Source: Hormiphora californensis | Taxonomy: Eukaryota > Animalia > Ctenophora | Direction: 5' to 3' | Length of the DNA: 64,000 nt | Assembly: GCA_020137815.1 (NCBI GenBank) | Contig: CM035358.1 | Coordinates: 5,022,001-5,086,000 of the forward strand | Shown here: piece after piece, positions 56,601 to 64,000 of the stretch | Numbering within the stretch: position 1 is the first letter of the stretch | Layout of the letters: every line of letters begins with the position of its first letter | The notes under the pieces: generated by a model | The model's input: only the letters and a program-made list of their open reading frames with translations | Told to the model about the DNA's origin: nothing | The model's database searches: none | Made by a program: the position numbers and the translations under genes

Positions 56601-59600
56601 CTGAGATATGAGGGGAGTGAAACTGAAACACAGGTGTACTGAGATAGGAGGGGAGTGAAACTGAAACACAGGTGTACTGAGATAGGAGGGGAGTGAAACT
56701 GAAACACAGGTGTACTGAGATAGGAGGGGAGTGATGTGTGTTGGGGGCTATATTACACTGATATCACAGTTACATTGATAACAAACCACATAACAGCGTG
56801 AGTTACAAACTACGTTACAATAGTAACAGCTCACAGTTATTGCTAACCACAGCATGGTTTGCAGCAATTTGCTTTGCTATAGGTATCTAAAAACTGCTGG
56901 GCTATTATAACAGAGGCGGCACTGTTGGGCAGCACATTTAAAGTTGTCTAGTTTTCACCAAACTCTGCAGTGCAAACTAGACAAGCAATATATCACTCTT
57001 GAAACACTGACAATACCATATATTGGCACGCAAACACAAATATCTCCAGTATAGAGATTGCAATGCTCCCGTTACCATGTTGCTATGGTGACATGGTGAC
57101 ATGTTGCTATGGTGATCACATACCTCATCACTTCCATTTGAGAGAGCTATCTCACTACCACTGATGGTTGAGCAGCTTCCCACGCTAAGGGTCGTAGTGA
57201 GGACTGTCAGGTCGGTCAGTCCGTTTAGATGCCTCGATAGGTAGATCTTGGGACCCTAAAAGTAAGAGGAAGTATAGGATCTTGGGGGTCTTAAACGATC
57301 CCTTATAAAAAAGAGAAATAGAGTGGGTTTGTGGTGGCAATTTAAACTTAGGCTTGAACTCACTGAAAGTTATAAATGAAATTCTAAAACTCATTTCTGT
57401 CAGAAATTTGGTAGCTCACAGTGATCCTAGCTTACCTGGTGAGATAGGTATGATATGTGTGGCATGTCAATGTTGTGTACCATGGACCCATTACTTGCTA
57501 ACCGGACCTCCACGCCTAACGAGCCGACTGCAATGAAGTAGGGTAGACAACTGTGCACCTGAGTTGGGGAGGAGGAACTAGTCAAAGACATCGAAAAATT
57601 AGGGATTTAGGGACACTGTGGTAGTAGGGTTAGGGTAGACAACTGTGGACATAAGTAGGGTGGTGGAATTAGTCAAAAATACTTGGGTAGTGGTAGGGCA
57701 AGGCTTGGTCTACGCGCTACCCATCCGGCATCTGGACACATGAGGGATGGTTTGGAGATTCAAATTGGATATTAGTTGATCAAGCTACTTACGAATTGTG
57801 GTTTTATGTTCCACTTGATATGGAAGAACATCTGCTCTTTGGGTCGTAGGGAAAACTGCTCTATCACAGAATTATCTGGGGAAGGGAGGGGTTGTTAATC
57901 ACAGAATTATCTGGGGAAGGGAGGGGGTTGTTAATCCGGGAGTCACATGGTTTACTGGTTGGGTGGGGGGCGTCTGGACGATATTTATGGGAGTCATGGC
58001 CAACTACAAAGACAACAAAACCATTGAGTCAATAGTATTGACTTTGTTACAACACGTGACCGAATATATCCCAGAAACTGTCCACCTCCTTGGAAGGCTT
58101 CCAACGGAAGCTGGTATAACTGGTAACTGCATTGTTATACCAACAGTGGGTCTACTAGACAATAGACCGGGGCCGGCTAGTATAATAGTAGATACTATCT
58201 ACCAGACTATCTACTAGATAGTCTGGTAGTCTGAATAAGACATCATGGAATGTATTCAATGATGCCTTGCTTGTTCAGACTATCCACTACCCCGGTCTAA
58301 TAGTCTCTAACAGCCTCACTGTTGTTATAACAACAGTTACAAATAATACCGTGTGGGGCAATAAACCCCCCCCCCCCCCCCAAGTACAAGCTTCCGTTGG
58401 AAGCCTTCCAATATAGTGAGTGAGGCGGGCAATTTCTAGTAAGTCAGCCGCATATAATAGTGTAGCTATATTAATACAGTTTGTGTAATAGTGTAGCTAT
58501 ATTAATACAGTTTGTCTCGTTTTAATTACTACCTTCAACATTGGTATGTTATCTAACTATATCTAATTCGCCTATTTGCGACATTGTTATTTAACTAGAC
58601 CAAAAAACAAAGGAAATTTGTTTGGAACACCCGTGGCCTTTTTCGATACTTGACGCTGCGGGAAATGCACCCATAATCTAAGCTATACTACTAGGTATCG
58701 TTGTGCCATCTCTCCAAGTTCTAACATACGCACACTTTCTCTCACTCTTCCTCGCGTCTTGCTCTGACGAAGGGTGCATTTCCCGCAGCGTCAAGTATCG
58801 AAAAAGGCCACGGGTGTTCCAAACAAATTTCCTTTGTTTTTTGGTCTAGTTTCTCAGGGTTTTTGTAAACAGGTAACATAAATATGCAAATAACGGCTAA
58901 ACGGTGCGAGATACGACTTTTTGTCCGGGGGACGACCCCCCCCATAAATCGACTATTCTACGTCGAAATATGTCCATGAAAACATTCTAGGAACAGCTGA
59001 AGTGGAAATATTCAGAATATGCATTAAATCATGAATCAGTGCATAAATATGCATATAACGGCTAAACGGTGCGAGATACGACTTTTTGTCCGGGGGACGA
59101 CCCCCCATAAATCGACTCTTCTGCGTCGAAATATGTCCATGAAAACGTTCTAGGACCATTTGAAGTGGAAATATCCAGAATATGCATTAAATCATGAATC
59201 TGTGCATAAATATGCAAATAACGGCTAAACGGTGCGAGATACGACTTTTTGTCCGGGGGACGACCCCCCATAAATCGACTATTCTACGTCGAAATATGTC
59301 CATGAAAACATTCTAGGACCATCTGAAGTGGAAATATTCAGAATATGCATTAAATCATGAATCAGTGCATAAATATGCATATAACGGCTAAACGGTGCGA
59401 GATACGACTTTTTGTCCGGGGGACGACCCCCCCATAAATCGACTCTTCTGCGTCGAAATATGTCCATGAAAACGTTCTAGGACCATCTGAAGTGGAAATA
59501 TTCAGAATATGCATTAAATCATGAATCAGTGCATAAATATGCAAATAACGGCTAAACGGTGCGAGATACGACTTTTTGTCCCGGGGACGACCCCCCATAA

Positions 59601-62600
59601 ATCGACTCTTCTGCGTCGAAATATGTCCTTTGAAATGTCCTTACCACAACCAATACCGAGATAATCATAAAATTATACATAAATTATGCATAATTAATGA
59701 CTTCCCATGCTCAAATCAAAATTTTACATAGCCTACGACATGTAGAATAGTCGATTTATGGGGGGTCTTCCCCGGGACAAAAAGCTCTAAATCCAGCCGT
59801 TTTTGCTCAGTTTGGTTTGTAAAAAGGTCGTGCGTATGTATGTATGTATGTATGTATGTATACAGAGCAAGCGTTTGGGACCCCCCTCGTAACTTTTGAA
59901 CGAAACCATCAATCCACTTGAAATTTTAAAAACTATTAGATATCATTGAGGTAGCTTTACATACAAAATTTCAGCGTGCTAGCTTGTCGGGAACATGGTT
60001 AAATAGACGCTCGAAAAGGGCGAAAGTCACATCCGTATGGTATACTGCACTGGCCCCGAATCGGGCGAAATGAAATTTTCCGCGCCTGAGTTTATCCTTT
60101 CAGATTTGATCTTATAATGTTCTAGGATGACCTTAGAAGGGGTGGGATGGTTTTTCATTGCTGGGGGCTTTGCCCCCAGACCCCCATTAGGCCGCGGGGC
60201 ACTTGCCAGTGCAGTGATTTGAGATTGTACTGTGGAGAAGGCGGACGGGGTAATTGGGGGGGGGGGGGGGGTGCAGCCCCAAAAAAAATCAAACTTTTTC
60301 CGAAACCCAGGGTATGGTTGGTTTTTTTTTGGTTTTTTTGGTTGAAATTTCTTTGATTTTTTTTGGTCTTTTTTTATTTTTTTTGGTCGTTTTTGATTTT
60401 TTTTGATCGTTTTTGATTTTTTTTGATCGTTTTTGATTTTTTTTGAATTTTTTTGATCGTTTTTGAATTTTTTTGATCGTTTTTGATTTTTTAAATGTTC
60501 AATGTTTTTTGGTCGTTTTTGATTTTTTTTGATTTTTTTTTATCGTTTTTGATTTTTTTTGAATTTTTTTGATCGTTTTTGATCGTTTTTGATTTTTAAA
60601 TGTTTAATGTTGAACAAAAAAGTTCAAAAACGATCAAAAAAGTTCAAAAAAAAATCAAAAACGATCAAAAAAGATCAAAAAAGATCAAAAAAAAATCAAA
60701 AAAGATTAAAAAAAATCAAAAAAAGTCAAAAAAAAATCAAAAACGACCAAAAAAAATCAACATTTTTGAAAATCCAGGGTATGGTTGGTTATTTTTTGGG
60801 CTGCACCCCCCCCCCCCCCCCCCGTAATTTTAATTTTAATCTGATACAGCTGCACCGCATTGCATTAGGTTCTCATGAGAACCAATGCAATGCGGTGGTA
60901 ATAGATCGCGAGCTGAAACGATATAGGGAACTGTCTTCCTTCTAATTTTATCCAGCTGTGTTTTCCTTCCATAGAAGGAGAACACCTGGCTAAAATTATC
61001 TGGGGAAGGGGATTGTTAATGGGAATGGGAATTGGAGTCATCATCATGGCTAACTGGAGGGTTTGAGCTTTTTAATAGGAGTCATGTCTACTTCTAGCCG
61101 CCGTTAACAGTCTTAATTGGACGTATGCCACTGGATCTATTGCGTTCGTGGGAATCTTGACCAACACACTGACTATTATCTACTTTGTAGCACAGGAACG
61201 GTAAGTGAAAATTATCTGCTTTGTGCGATTAGTGATTACAAGAGCGGTGTGCATATAAATATGCATTATGCCACTAATATCACGTTTGTAGGAAACTTAA
61301 AAAACAGTAGTTTTAAGTTCATAGATTGCTAACATTGTGTGCGTTCAACAGGAAAAAGAAATCGTTTGGTAACCGTTTGCTGCTCTTCCTCAACACCATT
61401 GACACCATATTGTGTGTGGCGGCATTTCTTAAAATAGTGACACGATACAAACTCCGCTCTTCTGATATCTATGGTAGCAAGGCAATGGATCCTCCACCAA
61501 ATACCCTGTACAATACGGGGGTGGTCACTTTTATCGTGGTTTTGGTAACGGAGAGGACAGCGGCGGAGCTGAGCGGGGTTGCCACCATCATCTTGTCTGT
61601 TATTAGGACCATCGGAGTGTGGAGGCCATTTTACCAGGTATAGTAATCCGGGTGTTGTTAACTTTATTAATATGAACATTAAAAAGCGTTGGGCACGTCG
61701 CGCCCCTCATGTTCGCGTGCCCATAGGGCGATCCCCTACGATCCCCTTCGCAGGCAATAAAAAGCGTTAATTAACATGCCCCCCCCCAGGTAAAAAAGAC
61801 TGCCATCGTAGTCTTCGTTGTGATATACGCTGTTGTCGTGACAACACGAGACTCCTTCAGTCGATACTATTTTAACTGGGATACCTACATGTTCTCACCG
61901 ATCCACAGACGTGACGTCATACCCTACTCCACTCTCCTCAACATTGAATCAAAGATGAGAATTACAGTGTTTATTTTGATTGTAGCAACGCTGATCATTA
62001 GTACCGTGCTGACAGTTGTTAAGCTCTTTGCATCAGTTGAGGCACCAGGGCGGACCCAAAAAGAGAAAAAACGGACTGGCGCGATTAAAACCGCCATTCT
62101 TATAGCTCTCACTTCAATAATCTTCAACGGCTATGTTATCGTTATAGCCCTAATCGGTGAAATAGAAGGACGACCATCCTACCCCTGGTGGAGCGATGTT
62201 TTCAAGAGTGCGATAAACCTTGCACTGCCCCTTAACTCAGCCCTAAATCCGGTAATATACTTTGTGCGGATTCGGAATATCAGGCTATTTTGGTGGAACA
62301 ACATGCTGTGCAGGACAACCAGTGATGTGGGTCGTGTTGTGTCAAACCCTGTGACAAGACCATCCAGAGTGGCATCATCGACTGTTTAATCTGCCTGGCG
62401 CCGCGACCCCATCTGAGCGTACCGCCAGACAGTGTTTAATAGAGTTTATCTGTATGTCAAATGAATGCACCCTCCGAACCGGGCCGAAGCTGCTGACTCA
62501 GCGTGTAAGAAGAAACAGTTGATGTAGTATGACAATTGTTTATGCGGTAGAATTGTAGATTCAAGATACAATGAATAATGCTATTTAGAATTCTAATCAG

Positions 62601-64000
62601 ATAAATTCTTCTTTGTGTGAACTAACTTATATTGAGAATAAGGATCGGTTGATTGTTTATTAGCCGCATATCAGTGAGGAAGTTTTGTTTGAAGGCCAAG
62701 GAGAAAACAAAACTTCCTCACTAACTTATATTTGCTAAGTTATAACCAGTAACCCTCCTTTACATGTGTGTTTCTCCGTGTGGGGCACAGTGGAATAGGA
62801 TCAAGCAAGGCAAATTAAACTTGGGGGTTAAAATGGGCCCGGGCGCTTGCCAGCGCTATCTATATAACTTACGGGAGTATGTGAGAAGAACCCCAATAAC
62901 ACTGTCACTCTGATCACTGGTAGCTTCACAGCTCATGACAGGTGTAATAAAGAGATTGGAGGCGTGCCCCGCTTTGTGGGGTCTCAACTTCTCTATACAT
63001 TTCTTCCTGTCTGTATCTCCCGTTCCACCCACGTCAGCATCAATCATCAGAAACTCTGAAAGAGAGAGAGATTAGAACATGCTGTCAAAGACCAGCCTAA
63101 AACCCTAAATCCACCAAAGCTCCGCCAGCCTTGCATTGTTATGTCCTAACCCTCCGGAGAGAGAGATGGTCGAATAAGCTGCAAAGTTCCGACATCCCTG
63201 GGATGGTGGAGAAATATGGCAAGTAGTGTGCGAGCCAATCAGAGGCCTTTGTTTCTAAATCCAGGCTTCTGATTGGCTGACACACAATTATACAAGTTAT
63301 GTAGTTACCTGAAGATGTTCCAACGCATATTTTGAGGCCACTTCTTCTACTGAAAATACTCATACATCGAACATGGTCTGAAACTGGGAACTCCTGAAGA
63401 GAGGTAATTAATTAATTGCCTAACAAACAAAGAGGGAGTTAGGGAATAGGAGAAACAGAAAAACGCCATAAAGAATCATCGGCGGACTAATGTAAAATCC
63501 TTCAACTCTGTCTGTCGTTCTACTTACGTTTTGTGCCCTAAACCAGCCCTGTCCCTGACCCGGTATCTTGATCCACTCAAACAGTTGAATCAGCTTGGGT
63601 TTGTAAACCGCTAGGTAGAGTTTACTGGCCACAGTAAGATAGGGAGAGACAAGAAGGGCGCCTTTCGTTCCTTGTACCCTCTCATTTTTTGTTTTTCGCT
63701 TGAAATTCCTCGTGCTCCCACTCTTCATGGTAAGGGTACTGAGGTCGAAATTGAGGACGTGCTGACTCTTATTTTTACCTGAAATATATACCAGTAAATA
63801 ATATAGGTGAACACTGAATAGCTGTCATTTTGTAGGCAGCTCTGTGCTTGAATAATGAGCTTGGGTTTCTAATTGGGCTCACGTAACCCCCAATCCCTAC
63901 AAATACACACATTTGTTGTGGCCCAACTTTGTCCCCTTTCCAATACTCACAATATTCCGCACGCACTACAGCCACGGAGAGGTCCTCCACAACAAATATC
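52747..64000 (-). CDS. GARNL3: GARNL3-like CNH-domain protein, 3' part (continues beyond the window)
   Basis: Joined exons: IFVVEDLSVAVVRAEY/CKNKSQHVLNFDLSTL..RVQGTKGALL..LYLAVYKPKLIQLFEW../EFPVSDHVRCMSI..KICVGTSS/..GVLLTYS/HNSVIEQF..FHIKWNIKPQF/VHSCLPYFIAVGSLGVEVRLASNGSMVHNIDMPHISYLSHQ/GPKIYL, then a Ser/Pro-rich tail. This follows the GARNL3 CNH motif order; the RapGAP domain is not in the window. Confidence 0.7.
54148..56733 (-). repeat. 38-bp tandem array (~68 copies) of a GARNL3 3' splice site
   Basis: Minus-strand unit CCCTCCTATCTCAGTACACCTGTGTTTCAG|TTTCACTC. The last copy runs directly into the unique exon (TTTTCGCCTGAT, starting at 54150). Confidence 0.95.
58090..58411. mobile_element. 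MITE
   Basis: TIR TTGGAAGGCTTCCAACGGAAGCT / AGCTTCCGTTGGAAGCCTTCCAA with internal palindromes. Confidence 0.75.
58593..60218 (-). mobile_element. Helitron/Helentron-type element with 163-bp repeats, copy 2
   Basis: Same termini and internal layout as 26801-30149, with fewer repeat units. Confidence 0.75.
60256..60823. mobile_element. Foldback element with poly-G termini
   Basis: G(n)TGCAGCCCCAAAAAA / TTTTTTGGGCTGCAC(n); inverted TTTTTGATCG arrays; GTAATT on both flanks. Confidence 0.7.
61079..62389 (+). CDS. Rhodopsin-class GPCR nested antisense in a GARNL3 intron; exons ~61079-61200, 61352-61637, 61790-62389; start codon not located
   Basis: TM1 IAFVGILTNTLTIIYF, TM2 LLLFLNTIDTILCV, TM3 ELSGVATIILSVIRTIGVWRPFY, TM7 LPLNSALNPVIYFVR; phase-consistent GT-AG introns. 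Confidence 0.85.

Noticed and set aside
54148-56733. CRISPR-like regular arrays (also 24244-26232)
   Set aside because: Head-to-tail repeats with no unique spacers, no cas genes and a eukaryotic intron context.
63775-63990. 71-aa ORF as a separate gene
   Set aside because: Only 63951-64000 is exon of the GARNL3-like gene; the rest is intron read-through.

Overview
Eukaryotic (animal) genomic DNA with short GT-AG introns, many microsatellites and many non-autonomous transposons. A ~105-bp repeat, the GPCR type and the nested-gene layout suggest a cydippid ctenophore such as Pleurobrachia or Hormiphora (inference). Minus-strand host genes are OSTM1, CARM1, DNPEP, MCM3 and the 3' part of a GARNL3-like CNH-domain gene; a pentraxin gene lies on the plus strand. 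Three antisense genes are nested in host introns: a secreted single-kringle protein in OSTM1, a CHST15-like sulfotransferase in MCM3 and a rhodopsin-class GPCR in GARNL3. Three observations stand out. (1) The whole sulfotransferase gene lies inside a 4.6-kb TIR element with a perfect 8-bp target-site duplication, i.e. a gene-carrying Pack-type transposon that would explain how a nested gene arose. (2) Tandem duplications are repeatedly seeded on splice sites or the stop codon, up to ~51 donor copies in MCM3 and ~68 acceptor copies in GARNL3. (3) A hairpin element carries an internal copy complementary to its own joined termini, resembling a DIRS ICR. All exon boundaries were read by hand and are not confirmed by transcript data.
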